Assembly: GCA_965207375.1 (NCBI GenBank)
Contig: OZ242274.1
Location: forward strand, 1,472,001 to 1,536,000
Origin: Nitrosopumilaceae archaeon
GTDB taxonomy: Archaea > Thermoproteota > Nitrososphaeria > Nitrososphaerales > Nitrosopumilaceae
Direction of reading: 5' to 3'
DNA: 64,000 nucleotides
The position numbers and the translations under genes are program-made. The notes beneath the pieces were generated by a model. The model saw only the letters and a list, made by a program, of their open reading frames with translations. It ran no database searches and was not told the origin of the DNA. Of this stretch, positions 9,872-21,259 are shown piece by piece. Each line of letters opens with the position of its first letter. Within the stretch, counting starts at the first letter, position 1.

Positions 9872-11034
9872 ATAAAAAAATAGCCGATATCAAAATCGGC
9901 AAACGATTTAGATTACATGCTGACGTGGAATCATTGAAACAATCCATAGCAGAAAACGGACTGTTTCATGGTATTGTGATATCACCTGATAACGAACTGC
10001 TTGCCGGATACCGCAGATTAATAGCATGCAGGGAATTGGGACACAAAACAATACTGTGTAATGTGATAGATGTGGATTCAGCAAAGTGTGAGCTTGCATC
10101 AAACAAGGAGCAAAAATCATTTACACCAAGTGAAATTTATGCCGTCTGCAAATACGTCCAGTCAAACACTTGCAGGGGCAGACCAAAGTCTGGTCAAAGC
10201 TCAAAGTATCGAGGTCCAGTTGAAAAAAATGTAGAGAGTTTAACAGGCATATCATGCAGACAAATCTCTAAAATAAAATCTGTAATGGCAGCTTCTGAAT
10301 CAGATGAAACACTCAAACAGGTTGCACAAGAATTAGATGACGGCAAAATAAATGTGGATTCTGCCTACAAGACGGTCCGCACCAAACAACAGTATACTGC
10401 AGAATTAGCACAGATGGACGATACTAGACAAACCCGCAAAGACGTCACGCTGTATAATGGCGACTTTAGAGACATGAATATACCAAATGAATCAGTACAT
10501 CTCATATTTACTGATCCGCCGTACAGGGACTGTGATTTAGACAATTACACGGATCTGGCAAAACATGCAGAATCGATTCTGGTACCAGGTGGTTCATTGT
10601 TTTGTATTGTACCAAACGCCCATATTCATGAATTGATACCTGTATTGACACAGCATGGATTGACATACCACTGGACGTGTGCCATACAGCACTCATCATG
10701 GGGCACTAATGTCATGTGGGGAAAACATATCAGCGTACGATACAAGCCGCTAGTTTGGTGTGTCAAGGGTACACGTAGAACTAGACAAAATGTTAGTGAC
10801 ATGGTCAAATCCTCAAAGCCTGCAAAGTCACTGCATCCGTGGGAGCAATCAACTGTAGAATCTGACTATTACATCTCGACAGTTACGATACCAGGAGAAA
10901 CCATACATGACCCTTTTATGGGTTCAGGCACCTTTGGGGTATCAGCAGTATCAAACAAAAGAAAATTTATCGGTGCTGAAATTGAACAAAAATATTACGA
11001 CTATGCAGTCAGGCGAATAAACGCGATATCATGA
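9868..11034 (+). CDS. ParB/Srx-domain + N4/N6 DNA methyltransferase fusion
   Basis: LLAGYRRLIA ParB motif; TDPPY and DPFMGSGT motifs in beta-class order. Confidence 0.88.
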   Translation: MNKKIADIKIGKRFRLHADVESLKQSIAENGLFHGIVISPDNELLAGYRRLIACRELGHKTILCNVIDVDSAKCELASNKEQKSFTPSEIYAVCKYVQSNTCRGRPKSGQSSKYRGPVEKNVESLTGISCRQISKIKSVMAASESDETLKQVAQELDDGKINVDSAYKTVRTKQQYTAELAQMDDTRQTRKDVTLYNGDFRDMNIPNESVHLIFTDPPYRDCDLDNYTDLAKHAESILVPGGSLFCIVPNAHIHELIPVLTQHGLTYHWTCAIQHSSWGTNVMWGKHISVRYKPLVWCVKGTRRTRQNVSDMVKSSKPAKSLHPWEQSTVESDYYISTVTIPGETIHDPFMGSGTFGVSAVSNKRKFIGAEIEQKYYDYAVRRINAIS

Positions 11035-11219
11035 AACTAGACCGTACAATATTGAACCTACTACAGAACCGTAGATATTCTACACGTACCGATGTTATCG
11101 CGTATAATCTAGGTGGTGATATAAACAGAGAAAAGATAATTGCTGCCCTCTGGCGACTGGCAGATTCTGGACAGATACGTCTCAATGCAGATGGTACATG
11201 GGAGGCAATACTGACATGA
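11031..11219 (+). CDS. small winged-helix protein
   Basis: ILNLL...ALWRLADSGQI...GTW wHTH pattern. Confidence 0.6.
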   Translation: MKLDRTILNLLQNRRYSTRTDVIAYNLGGDINREKIIAALWRLADSGQIRLNADGTWEAILT

Positions 11220-11268
11220 ACTTTAAATCTATTCAAAACATCGTTGATATCATCTGGGAGAATTTGAA

Positions 11269-11643
11269 ATGATAGGCAAAAAACTACCAAAACCAATAAT
11301 CAAACTTATGATTAAAGAGGAATTATTTGTACCCGTAATTGATGGTAGCGGTTTAGGTTTGAATGAAGGTTTCTTAGAACTTGTGAGGGAAATACAAAAA
11401 AGTAAAGAATGTGGTGGGAATTTAACAAAAGCAGTATGGTGGGCAATTCAAGAATGGTGTCCTGATTTGGAAAAAAAAGTATGGGTGTTACTAGTTGATG
11501 GTGTGTTTTGGGCAATGTTGCAACTTGATCCTACACTTGTCAGTGAATTTGGCAAATACTTGGCAAAAGATCAAAGTAAAGCGTTACTAGAAAGAATCAA
11601 AACCATATCAGAATTACAGAGACATAATGATAATCTAAAATGA
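11269..11643 (+). CDS. hypothetical protein, WCPDL family (paralog of 21935-22249)
   Basis: shared G-x3-N-x2-F...WCPDL...DG-x2-W pattern. Confidence 0.65.
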   Translation: MIGKKLPKPIIKLMIKEELFVPVIDGSGLGLNEGFLELVREIQKSKECGGNLTKAVWWAIQEWCPDLEKKVWVLLVDGVFWAMLQLDPTLVSEFGKYLAKDQSKALLERIKTISELQRHNDNLK

Positions 11644-11855
11644 CTGACACTAGTGTTTCTGTAGATGATATTAGTGCAGATGAGGATACATGAATTATCA
11701 AAACGACACATCTGGCATAATTATACTATATAGTGGCAAGCCAGTTAGATTTGTAGACGATACTTGAGATTGCCTGTAAATATTTACATATGCAGTTTAT
11801 GTAACCGGCAGTTTACTGGTGCAGAAAATTATGCCAGACACAGGAGGACCTGTAA

Positions 11856-12053
11856 ATGAGCAATCAAATGATACACGTTTATGTATATATTGAGACTATC
11901 CTGGAGCACACACACCTGTTGAGACTAGCAGATTCTGAACAAATGTTACACTATGAAAACGGTGTATACAAACCAGATGGTGATATCAAGGTAGAGAACA
12001 TGATATATGATTTAGCAGCCAGATACAAAACAGGGCAAGACTATTTTTTGTAA
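11856..12053 (+). CDS. short paralog of the helicase D5_N-like segment
   Basis: HLLRLADSEQMLHYENGVY vs HFLSLRDTREILYYENGIY in 12218-14230. Confidence 0.5.
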   Translation: MSNQMIHVYVYIETILEHTHLLRLADSEQMLHYENGVYKPDGDIKVENMIYDLAARYKTGQDYFL

Positions 12054-12217
12054 CAGAGGGTGCTGATTCTTCTAGTTATGACATCCCCGTACGTGTGATT
12101 TGATTCTCAGACGCATATGAATCATGAGACCTTGAAAAATAAACTGAATTTAGAATCTGAAAAAAACGGCATACTAGACATTCTGATACGAGGCGCAGAA
12201 GACATCATAGGCGACAC

Positions 12218-14230
12218 ATGACTAGTATAGATGAAAAGTCACTTGCAGGCTATGCAGAAAAAAAGTTTGGTTGTGCTGTATCCAGACTAGAAGAATTTTG
12301 TAAACGATATACTGGTGACAATACCGGATATGGGGTGTGCAGCAAGGGTGAGCATGACATATCCTCTGAAAATACCATATTTTGTTTTGAAGGTGGCAGG
12401 CACAATCTAGAAACATCTGCATGTGTGCATCTTGACTGCTTTTTGTCAGGACTAGAACGGGACACGATATCTCAGATTGACGGTACTATACAAAAACCAA
12501 AAAAGAGCAAAAAGCATGATACAGAAACTCCCGATACTGCAGAATTTGTCCAGATGTTAATGTCGCAGGTACATTTTTTGAGTCTGCGTGATACACGAGA
12601 AATACTATATTATGAGAACGGAATATACCGGTTTGGCGGCGAGGTGCTAATTGAAGAGATGGCCGAATCCCTTGTAAGTCAATATACTATCTGTACTACT
12701 TCTATGCGTATTGAAATTACAAACAGCATACGTTCTAGGACCTATGTGGACAGAGAGACCTTTGATGCTGATGTTGATATAATTAATGTCAAAAACGGGC
12801 TATACAATATACAAGACGGCACATTTACACCACACAATCCAAGTTATGCTAGCCGTATGCAGCTAAACGTAGAATATCACCCCGGTATTGCCCCTAAGAG
12901 ATTTGTGTCCTTTATGGAGGAGATTCTGCCCGATATTGAGGATAGAACTATGGTATATGAGATGTTTGGTGCGATTTTGGTGAGTAGAATTTTGGATCTG
13001 CAAAAGATCTGTATCTTTGTTGGTGATGGTGCAAACGGCAAAAGCACATTACTAAAAACCATGACCGATATTATAGGCGTCAAAAACTGCTCGTTTCGTT
13101 CAATGCACTCGCTGATATACAACCGATTTGCAGCAGCTGACTTGGATGGAAAGCTAGCAAATATTTATGCTGATATCTCTGCTGATGAAATGAAAAATAT
13201 TGGATTGATAAAAAATCTAGTATCAGGGGATGAAACAAGCGTTGAAAAGAAAAACAAGTCCTCTTTTCCCATGAAAAATATTGCAAAGATGTTTTTTTCA
13301 TGTAATAGACTGCCTGATATTGAGGATGAAACAGGTGGAGTATTTAGGCGGTTTCATATTATTGAGTTTTTGACCGAATTTCATGGTGGTAAAGCAAAGG
13401 CTAGACTGTTAGATGAATTGATACAGGATTCAGAAAAAAGTGGAATATTGAATGTATTGATACAGCATGCCGGTACCATACTAAAAAAAGGTGAATTTAG
13501 TTATGCCCGTGATGTAGCTAGTATCAGAAAGGAATGGAAGGAGCGTGTAGATATGGTGTTAAGTTTTGTTAATGAAACAGTAGAGGCACATCCTGACTCT
13601 AATATAGCAAAGGATAGGTTATACGCTGAATATGCGAGGTACTGTGAGACAAAAAATGAGCGGCCAAAGGGTCAAAAGATATTCTCACAGAAAATGTCAA
13701 CATTTGGATACAAATGGGATAAACGGCGTTGGGAAGGCAAGGCACAAAATGTGTGGATAGGTATCCGGTTCAAGGGCTCAGTCACACCAGATGATACCGG
13801 TACAGTAAAGCCGGATACAAAGCCAGATGGTACCGATACAAAGCCAGATGGTACCGATACAAAGCCTGATGTGTCTAAACCAGAAATATCTAATAGTACC
13901 ATGTTGGGTATTGTGGATATTTTAAAGCCAGAATCTACAAAACAAAGTATTGTTGGTGATATATTTACGGCACTAGCAGATGAGAATGGGACATTATCCC
14001 AAAATGATCTAGTTACAGAAATGGTAAAATGTGAAAAATGGAACAAAGAGGAGGCCGTACGATATGTTGAGGAGCTAGTATCAGAGAAAAAACTCGTCAC
14101 CGGTCAGCCATCCAAGAAAAGATGGCGCTGCAAGTGTGGTGCAGGACCCTATGTTTCTGGTGAGGTAGCCTTTGCAGGCAAGCCCATCGAAGAGTATCAC
14201 AAGGGCGACGGCCACGAGATAATTTTCTGA
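12218..14230 (+). CDS. D5/P4-family SF3 helicase (primase-helicase type) without evident AEP domain
   Basis: INVKNG D5_N motif, Walker A GDGANGKST, FFSCNRLP motif C, RRF finger, D5 C-terminal wHTH; N-terminal Cys/His cluster. Confidence 0.9.
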   Translation: MTSIDEKSLAGYAEKKFGCAVSRLEEFCKRYTGDNTGYGVCSKGEHDISSENTIFCFEGGRHNLETSACVHLDCFLSGLERDTISQIDGTIQKPKKSKKHDTETPDTAEFVQMLMSQVHFLSLRDTREILYYENGIYRFGGEVLIEEMAESLVSQYTICTTSMRIEITNSIRSRTYVDRETFDADVDIINVKNGLYNIQDGTFTPHNPSYASRMQLNVEYHPGIAPKRFVSFMEEILPDIEDRTMVYEMFGAILVSRILDLQKICIFVGDGANGKSTLLKTMTDIIGVKNCSFRSMHSLIYNRFAAADLDGKLANIYADISADEMKNIGLIKNLVSGDETSVEKKNKSSFPMKNIAKMFFSCNRLPDIEDETGGVFRRFHIIEFLTEFHGGKAKARLLDELIQDSEKSGILNVLIQHAGTILKKGEFSYARDVASIRKEWKERVDMVLSFVNETVEAHPDSNIAKDRLYAEYARYCETKNERPKGQKIFSQKMSTFGYKWDKRRWEGKAQNVWIGIRFKGSVTPDDTGTVKPDTKPDGTDTKPDGTDTKPDVSKPEISNSTMLGIVDILKPESTKQSIVGDIFTALADENGTLSQNDLVTEMVKCEKWNKEEAVRYVEELVSEKKLVTGQPSKKRWRCKCGAGPYVSGEVAFAGKPIEEYHKGDGHEIIF

Positions 14231-14237
14231 TCGGCAC

Positions 14238-14527
14238 TTTTGTTCCATGTTCCAGATGAATTATTACTCTTCTATAATGACATATTATACACCAAATTTT
14301 TTGATTCTACAGCCTCAATGCATACCTGGAACATGGAACAAAATATCAAACTCTTCAAAATGGACTCTATTTGTCTGAAAGGCATCGATCATGTGGACTT
14401 TTTTTGTTCCACTTGTTCCACTTTGATTTTACCGATTTGCGAACTTTAGCCCAAAAATGACAAAAATGGCACATACGAAATTCGCTAAAATGAATTTGAT
14501 CTGGAACAAGTGGAATAAAGTGGAACA
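14238..14527. promoter_or_regulatory. candidate replication origin built from TGGAACA-type inverted repeats
   Basis: perfect 18-bp IR at 14238-14255 / 14326-14343; second IR at 14407-14420 / 14502-14515; immediately after the helicase stop. Confidence 0.55.
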
Positions 14528-15102
14528 CAGGCGTGTCATTTCGCAAATCAGACAAAAATCTTTGATCCCTCTTACGCCTAGCCAGATTTGATACTATGAT
14601 TTACAGTGCCAAAATTACCCATATTTTTGATGGAAATCATTTTTTTGCGATCCGAAATAGTGGGTATTTAAACCCCCGAAATAACACGATTTCTGTGCCT
14701 ATTTTGATCCCTGTTTGTTAACAAAACGGACAAAAACCCATTTTATGATATCTTTGATTTTTGATGGGAATATTTCAAATTGGCCAGATTGTGCCTCTGG
14801 TACCAATTTTGGGTCAAAATTGGCATTTTTTACGAAATTCGCACTCTCGGTACACCAAAGTGGTCTGCATAAAGAAAATAGATTAGATCGCTACATGTTT
14901 TTGTCTGATTTGATCTTTTCTGTTCACTATTTTCAAGGATTACAGATCCCACCCATACCTGACACTTTTCCACTTGCAAAACATCACGGACTCTGTCCAA
15001 AACTAACTTTGTTTCATCTGGAACACGCGATGATACTCTTTGATCCATACATTATACCACACAGGCACGAATTTGGTTTGTGCCAGATATCATTTCTGAT
15101 CC

Positions 15103-17493
15103 ATGTCTGATTCGCTACTGCTTTTATCAAACATGATACACAACGGTACTATACTGTTAAAGTTCTATAATGTGACATCACAAAATATCGTCTGTATATC
15201 AAAACCATACAAGCCATATTCTTTGGTGAATCATCCAAATGGTACCATACAAAAAACCAACAGTATCACTGGCCAAAAGATACGATGTAATAAAATACCA
15301 TACAGGGGCACATCTGAATCAGATTTAGAGTCAGAAATTAACCAAAGACACTCGTATTTGTGGGATGCAGGTTTAATTCCAGGCTGCTATTATGCCATAC
15401 AGGGCAAGGTTCTAGTCCGAGTACCACATGATATAGATGAAGATCTATTACACAAAATACTACACTCAGGTATAGGGGCTGGTCTGCCAGATGTTGAATC
15501 ATACAAACAAGAGATGACAGAAACTGCTTTGACTCTAAATGAGCCAATTCCGGACATACGCAGGGTAGCATTTGACATTGAACTTTCAGCAGTTGACGGA
15601 GAGATAAATGTAGAAAATCCCATATATTCAGTAACTGCTGTTTCGTTATCTTCTGAATCTGAATCTGTATGTTATGTTGTAGAGCCTGGCGGCATCAAAC
15701 ATATCACACAGGGAATAGAGGTAATTCCATGTGATACAGAAGGTATCATGATACGAAAAGCTCTGAACCATTTGGCGCAATATCCTGTATGGTTATCATA
15801 TTATGGAGAACAATTTGATTTGCCGTATCTGCATCATCGATGTGTGCGTCTTGGGTCTAGTTTAGATGACATTTTATACAATACAGGAGGCAGGATAACT
15901 CCGATACGACAGGTACATGTGGATCTATACTCGGTGTATAGCAATCCTTCGCTTCAAGCATATGCGTTTGGTGGAAGATATGATACGTATTCTCTAGATG
16001 CTGTGGCCTTTGGCATGCTTGGCCGTCACAAGTCAGGTACCGGTGAGGCAGCAGGTATTTTATCTGGAGACGATCTTGCCATATACTGCCATACTGATGC
16101 CAGACTGACATATGATCTAACAACATTTGCAGAATCTGCCACACTAAACATCCTAGTGATTATCTCTAGAATTTCTTCTTTACCCATCGATGTAGTATCT
16201 CAGACTAGGGTATCTACATGGACACAAAGCATGCTGAACCGACGACATAGAATCAAGGGAATTTTGATTCCAACAAAACAAGACATACAAGAAAAAACCA
16301 AAATGTTGGGAGTATCTGTTGCCAAGCCCATACAAAAGAACAAAAAGTATCGGGGCGGCATGGTGATGCAACAAACTTGTGGCCTATTTTGGAATATGAC
16401 GGTACTAGATTATGCCTCAATGTATCCGCATATTATACAGTTACACAACATATCTTATGAAACTATACAGTGTCCACATGATTCTTGTAAAGAATATACC
16501 ATACCTGGTACTGCATACTGGCGTTGTACAAAACAAAACGGCATGCTTGCATCTTGTATTGGTGCGTTACGTGAACTACGAGTTCAATATTACAAAAAAT
16601 TATCAAAAAATACCAAAATAAGCAAGCAAAGACGCATGCTGTACGAGTCAGTAGCCGGTGCAATCAAGGTGTTTATGAATGCCTCATATGGGGTCATGGG
16701 CTCTGAATTTTTCCCGTTATACTATCTACCGGTTGCAGATTCTGTAACTGCTGTTGGCAGAAAAATGATAACAGATACGATATCTGTATGTGAAAGTAAA
16801 GGTGTCAAGGTGTTATACGGCGATACTGATTCACTCTTTGTTGCACATGCCCCCTTGCAAACGTTACATGGTATAATATCTGCCACACTTACAATGCACG
16901 GGGCAGAACTTGAAATAGACAAACAGTACAGGTTTGCATTACTTACGGGTCTAAAGAAAAACTATCTGGGAATTCGTGATGATGGTACAGCAGATGTAAA
17001 GGGATTGCTTGGAAAAAAATCAGACACACCACAATTTATCAGAAATTCCTTTGAGAGAGTCGTTGGTATATTGTGTGGGGTCTCTGAAGAAGCTCAGATA
17101 GAGTCAGCAAAAGGTGACATATCTGATCTCATTAAACAGGATGTAAATAAAATACGTACAGGTGACTATACTCTGGGAGATATGACGTACAGAAAAAAAC
17201 TAAAGCAACCTTTGAATAAATATTCTGGCTCACCTCAACATGTTGCTGCTGCTAAAATGCTACAAAATGTAACTGGCATAAACATACAGGAGGGAAGCGT
17301 GATAAGATTCATCAAGACAAAATCAGGCCCCGTACCATTTGAGCTAGCCTCTTCTTCACAAATTGATACAGAAAAATACATTGATGCGCTAGGCTCAGTT
17401 GTATCTCAGATATTGCCACCACTAGACATGACAGCAGAAGGTGTCATTACAGGTACGACACAAAACTCTATGGATAATTTCTTTGCTGTCTAG
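15103..17493 (+). CDS. polB: family B DNA polymerase (archaeal, thaumarchaeal PolB-like)
   Basis: ExoI FDIE, ExoII FDLPYL, ExoIII YCHTD; Pol motifs DYASMYP, KVFMNASYG, YGDTDS; C-terminal PIP box QNSMDNFF. Confidence 0.95.
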   Translation: MSDSLLLLSNMIHNGTILLKFYNVTSQNIVCISKPYKPYSLVNHPNGTIQKTNSITGQKIRCNKIPYRGTSESDLESEINQRHSYLWDAGLIPGCYYAIQGKVLVRVPHDIDEDLLHKILHSGIGAGLPDVESYKQEMTETALTLNEPIPDIRRVAFDIELSAVDGEINVENPIYSVTAVSLSSESESVCYVVEPGGIKHITQGIEVIPCDTEGIMIRKALNHLAQYPVWLSYYGEQFDLPYLHHRCVRLGSSLDDILYNTGGRITPIRQVHVDLYSVYSNPSLQAYAFGGRYDTYSLDAVAFGMLGRHKSGTGEAAGILSGDDLAIYCHTDARLTYDLTTFAESATLNILVIISRISSLPIDVVSQTRVSTWTQSMLNRRHRIKGILIPTKQDIQEKTKMLGVSVAKPIQKNKKYRGGMVMQQTCGLFWNMTVLDYASMYPHIIQLHNISYETIQCPHDSCKEYTIPGTAYWRCTKQNGMLASCIGALRELRVQYYKKLSKNTKISKQRRMLYESVAGAIKVFMNASYGVMGSEFFPLYYLPVADSVTAVGRKMITDTISVCESKGVKVLYGDTDSLFVAHAPLQTLHGIISATLTMHGAELEIDKQYRFALLTGLKKNYLGIRDDGTADVKGLLGKKSDTPQFIRNSFERVVGILCGVSEEAQIESAKGDISDLIKQDVNKIRTGDYTLGDMTYRKKLKQPLNKYSGSPQHVAAAKMLQNVTGINIQEGSVIRFIKTKSGPVPFELASSSQIDTEKYIDALGSVVSQILPPLDMTAEGVITGTTQNSMDNFFAV

Positions 17494-18964
17494 TTTTCCT
17501 CCAGGGTACACCATGCGGGAGCAACAAAAAAAGATAATACAGCAGATATACGAGGCTGTACAGTCAGGGTATCGACACATTATACTCTGTGCACCTACAG
17601 GAATAGGAAAATCACATATCGGTGTAACCTTTGGCAGGCATTTTGGTTCATGTGATGTTGTTGTGTCACAAAAGGTGTTACAAGATCAGTATTGTACAGA
17701 CTTTGGATTTTTGACATCATCTAAAGGACGAAGCAACTATCCGTGTATGGCATCAGGTGAGAAGAGCTGTGAGGCAGGCCTCTGCTCTTGGCACGAAAAT
17801 AAAAAGATACAGTTTTGTAACTATAAACCTGCAATTACAGATTATATTGTAACAGATTCTGGCAATGTAATTTCACCACCTGATTCCTGCAGATATTACG
17901 ATGCAAAATATACTGCTTTACTCTCAAAATATGCAGTATACAATTATCTGATATTTTTTCATTTTGCACGAGAAAAACTGATGAAAAACTCTGCCTGTAT
18001 TGTGGCAGACGAAGCTCATGAGATTGAAATGTATTTGGCAGACTTTGGCTCGGTGTCTTTATCTCCAGAAGAGCAGTTTGGGGTGTCATCTCTAGAGCCT
18101 GATGGTATCATAGAATCCTTGTACCAGTGTATACAGTATCACAAAGCAGATGACATATCTGGTGTATACAAGATACAGCGATGTAACATGATATTACGTG
18201 AATTAAAAAAGCGACCTGAAAACTATACCATACAAAAAAGGGGTGATACGATATACATTACTCCAATAGATGTTTCGTATCTGGCAAAAACTGTGTTTGA
18301 TTCACCGTACAATTTGTTCATGTCAGGTACCATACATCCAGATGTGTTTTTGCCTACAATGGGATTTGATTCACGTGACTGTGCGTATATAGAGGCAAAA
18401 CCTTCCCCCTTTGAAAAACAAAACAGACAGGTAAAGTTTTGCAATGTGATATCTTTGAATCATGCCTCTACTCCTGCAGATTACGGTATCGCATATTCTG
18501 CTGTTTCAAAAATAGTATCACATCATCCAGAAAAGGGGCTGATACTGTGCACCAGTACAAAACAATGTGATGAGATAACTAGAATTTTAGGAAAACGTGC
18601 AGTACCTGCTTATGGTGTGTACAGGGATGAGGCCATATCAAAACATGCGTCTTCTGATAATACCATACTAGTATCGCCCAGTCTATACAACGGACTTGAT
18701 TTAACAGACGATTTGTCTAGATTTCAGATTATTTTAAAAGCACCATATCTGTCAATGTCAGATATCAGGACTGCTAGTATCGCAAAAAAATCTGCCTTGT
18801 GGTACAGGTATCAGGCTTTAGCACGATTTCTTCAAGGATGTGGCAGGTCAATACGCCATGATACAGATTATGCTGTAACTTATGTTATTGATTCAGCAGT
18901 ATTAGAGCTGTTATACACCATGAAACGGTACATTCCCCATGCGTATCAGGATATGTTACCATGA
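17441..18964 (+). CDS. DinG/XPD-family SF2 helicase
   Basis: APTGIGKS, GRSNYPC, DEAH, MSGT, QGCGRSIRH; true start may be ~17483. Confidence 0.9.
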   Translation: MSLQVRHKTLWIISLLSSFPPGYTMREQQKKIIQQIYEAVQSGYRHIILCAPTGIGKSHIGVTFGRHFGSCDVVVSQKVLQDQYCTDFGFLTSSKGRSNYPCMASGEKSCEAGLCSWHENKKIQFCNYKPAITDYIVTDSGNVISPPDSCRYYDAKYTALLSKYAVYNYLIFFHFAREKLMKNSACIVADEAHEIEMYLADFGSVSLSPEEQFGVSSLEPDGIIESLYQCIQYHKADDISGVYKIQRCNMILRELKKRPENYTIQKRGDTIYITPIDVSYLAKTVFDSPYNLFMSGTIHPDVFLPTMGFDSRDCAYIEAKPSPFEKQNRQVKFCNVISLNHASTPADYGIAYSAVSKIVSHHPEKGLILCTSTKQCDEITRILGKRAVPAYGVYRDEAISKHASSDNTILVSPSLYNGLDLTDDLSRFQIILKAPYLSMSDIRTASIAKKSALWYRYQALARFLQGCGRSIRHDTDYAVTYVIDSAVLELLYTMKRYIPHAYQDMLP

Positions 18965-19920
18965 ATTTGTCTGATGTTATAAATGAACATCTGCTTGGCG
19001 GGGGTCTAGATGTACTGTATCAGCGCGGATTTCCAATAGGTGAGATACTGCAAGGAGGTACGATACATGATACACAGTTGCTCAAACTTGCCACAGAATC
19101 AGTGGCATCATCAATATCACAGTCAAAGATGAGTCTCTCTACGGGTATAGTATCGATACATTCGAAAATATTTCCACGCGAAGCTGCAGTCTTTGCTGTA
19201 TCTGCTGTGTTAATTTCTCATATATCTGATGATTTGGTTGCAAAAAAGTATGCTCTCTCTTGTGGTAAATTATTTTGTAATGTTTTGTCAAAATCATGGG
19301 ATACTTGGGGCAGAGATATTGCTGAATCTATACTACACTGTATAGTACAGGATGGATTTTTTCTAGTACCGGTATCATCATATCTTGACTCTTCGGTCAA
19401 AATAGGATCTGACACCTGGCGGCTTGCAAATCGTGATGTACGGTCTGGTTTTGTCCATGGACTGTCTAAAAAGGAGATTGTGCGCATGATTCTGCCGCAG
19501 GCCACTGATGTCTTGTATGGTATGATAAAATCTGCAAAATGTTCTGATAATATCACCTTGGATGATTATGTCTCCCAGATACGAGATATTATGCCCATAC
19601 ATCGCAGTGTAGGAGTATCGGGACGACCACCCTGTGTCATACATGCAATACAATACATGTCACAGGGTGAGAATCTCAGCCATTTTGGACGATTCCTTGT
19701 TGCATCTTGGCTGTTACGGGCTGGCATACCACAAGAGGATGTGTGCGGGTACTTTACAGGAGCTCCGGATTATTCTAAAACCATAACAAAATCCCAGGTA
19801 TCCCACATGGCAAAATCTAGATACATGGTACCGTCCTGTAAAAAGATTGCATCAGCTGGCCTTTGTTGTAAAGATGAGACGTGTCGTAATATCACAAATC
19901 CGGTCCAGTATGGCACCTAA
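18961..19920 (+). CDS. priL: archaeal primase large subunit
   Basis: PPC...GENLSHFGRF...APDY...PSC...GLC...C..ITNP Fe-S domain pattern. Confidence 0.9.
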   Translation: MNLSDVINEHLLGGGLDVLYQRGFPIGEILQGGTIHDTQLLKLATESVASSISQSKMSLSTGIVSIHSKIFPREAAVFAVSAVLISHISDDLVAKKYALSCGKLFCNVLSKSWDTWGRDIAESILHCIVQDGFFLVPVSSYLDSSVKIGSDTWRLANRDVRSGFVHGLSKKEIVRMILPQATDVLYGMIKSAKCSDNITLDDYVSQIRDIMPIHRSVGVSGRPPCVIHAIQYMSQGENLSHFGRFLVASWLLRAGIPQEDVCGYFTGAPDYSKTITKSQVSHMAKSRYMVPSCKKIASAGLCCKDETCRNITNPVQYGT

Positions 19921-20812
19921 ATCCTTTTTGTATCCATGTGTTACGCCTGCACACTATGATGTGTTACGTGTAAATCCAGAATTTGTAAAATTGGTCAGAC
20001 CACACACTAGAGAGGAGCGTAAGGCATTGCATGAATCTTTGCTTGTACATGGACAGCGCGAGCCTATAGTTGTGGATTCTGAAGGTACTATTGTAGCCGG
20101 TCACAATAGGGCAGAACTCTTGATGTCTATGGGCCGACCAATTAAGACAATTATCGGGGACTTTGAGGATGACAACGCAAAGGCGCAATATGTCATAGAA
20201 TCAAATTTGATTGGCAGGCACTATTCAAATACATTTTTGAGGATAGTAGCTGCTCTTCCATTATATCGAATCATAAAGTCAAAACAGCATTTTGGCGGGG
20301 ACCGTAAAACAGTCAAAAAAGTAGGCTGTACCACTGCAATTGTTGGAAGACATATTGGTGTGAATAGAAATCTGGTACAGCAGGCAATATGGCTGTATGA
20401 GAATGCACCACCTGATGTAATAAAATCATTACAGGACGGTGGTACCAAAATCACGGCTGCATACAACTTGTTGCGACATGCAAAAATTGGTACTATACAT
20501 CATGTGAGTCATGTTTCTAGAAAATCCAAAGATACAACAAAAAAGTTCAAAAATGATACAAAACGGTACAGATTACTACACACGTTATTGTCAGGTTATA
20601 CATTACGCGATGATCTAATGAAGGTGACCGGTACCACAAACAAAAATACCTTGCAGGCGTTACTATTTTGTATCAGACAGAGGGGTATCAAGGTATATTG
20701 TACACCTGCTTATACTGTGTCTCGCAGTTGGGGGATTTGTTGCAAATGTGGCGTATCTTGTATGGGTATAGATACGACACAAGGCACTATATGTGAAAAA
20801 TGTATTCTTTAA
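19910..20812 (+). CDS. ParB/Srx N-terminal domain protein with HTH and C-terminal Cys cluster
   Basis: GQREPIVVD...IVAGHNR, ESNLIGRH; start moved to ATG 19910, which overlaps priL. Confidence 0.8.
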   Translation: MAPKSFLYPCVTPAHYDVLRVNPEFVKLVRPHTREERKALHESLLVHGQREPIVVDSEGTIVAGHNRAELLMSMGRPIKTIIGDFEDDNAKAQYVIESNLIGRHYSNTFLRIVAALPLYRIIKSKQHFGGDRKTVKKVGCTTAIVGRHIGVNRNLVQQAIWLYENAPPDVIKSLQDGGTKITAAYNLLRHAKIGTIHHVSHVSRKSKDTTKKFKNDTKRYRLLHTLLSGYTLRDDLMKVTGTTNKNTLQALLFCIRQRGIKVYCTPAYTVSRSWGICCKCGVSCMGIDTTQGTICEKCIL

Positions 20813-21259
20813 AGGGTGATACTATCAAATTAGCAGCAGTTGCTAGTTATTTGATACATACATGTAACATGCCAAAACGCCTCAAGACAAGTCATTTTCT
20901 GCTGTTGTGTAACTATATCATGCTGGGACTATTTTTCAGCTCAGATGTACCATATGATAAGGTCAAAATGTATCATGCGGTTTGTTATCAAAATTGATGG
21001 TATCGTTTAGTATGTGGACTGTGCGCAGGACGAAACTAGTCATAAACATTACAGGCGATGCGATACTATACAAGACATTAAAGCATTTTGTGATACTATA
21101 TGGTTTGAGCATATCTATGAAAATGTACCGACGTATCTTTGATGTGTCTATATCGTGTCTGTAATTTTTTTATAACTGGGACTATATACCAAATATTTTG
21201 TGTATATTCAATGATGTCATTTTACAAGAATTCTGTGGACTAGTATTTTTGAGAAAGAA

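Noticed and set aside
13812-13870. 21-bp DTKPDGT repeat in the helicase
   Set aside because: Ordinary low-complexity linker expansion
14240-15110. ORFs called between the helicase and polB
   Set aside because: Phe/Leu-biased, motif-less frames over repeat-rich DNA; more likely non-coding
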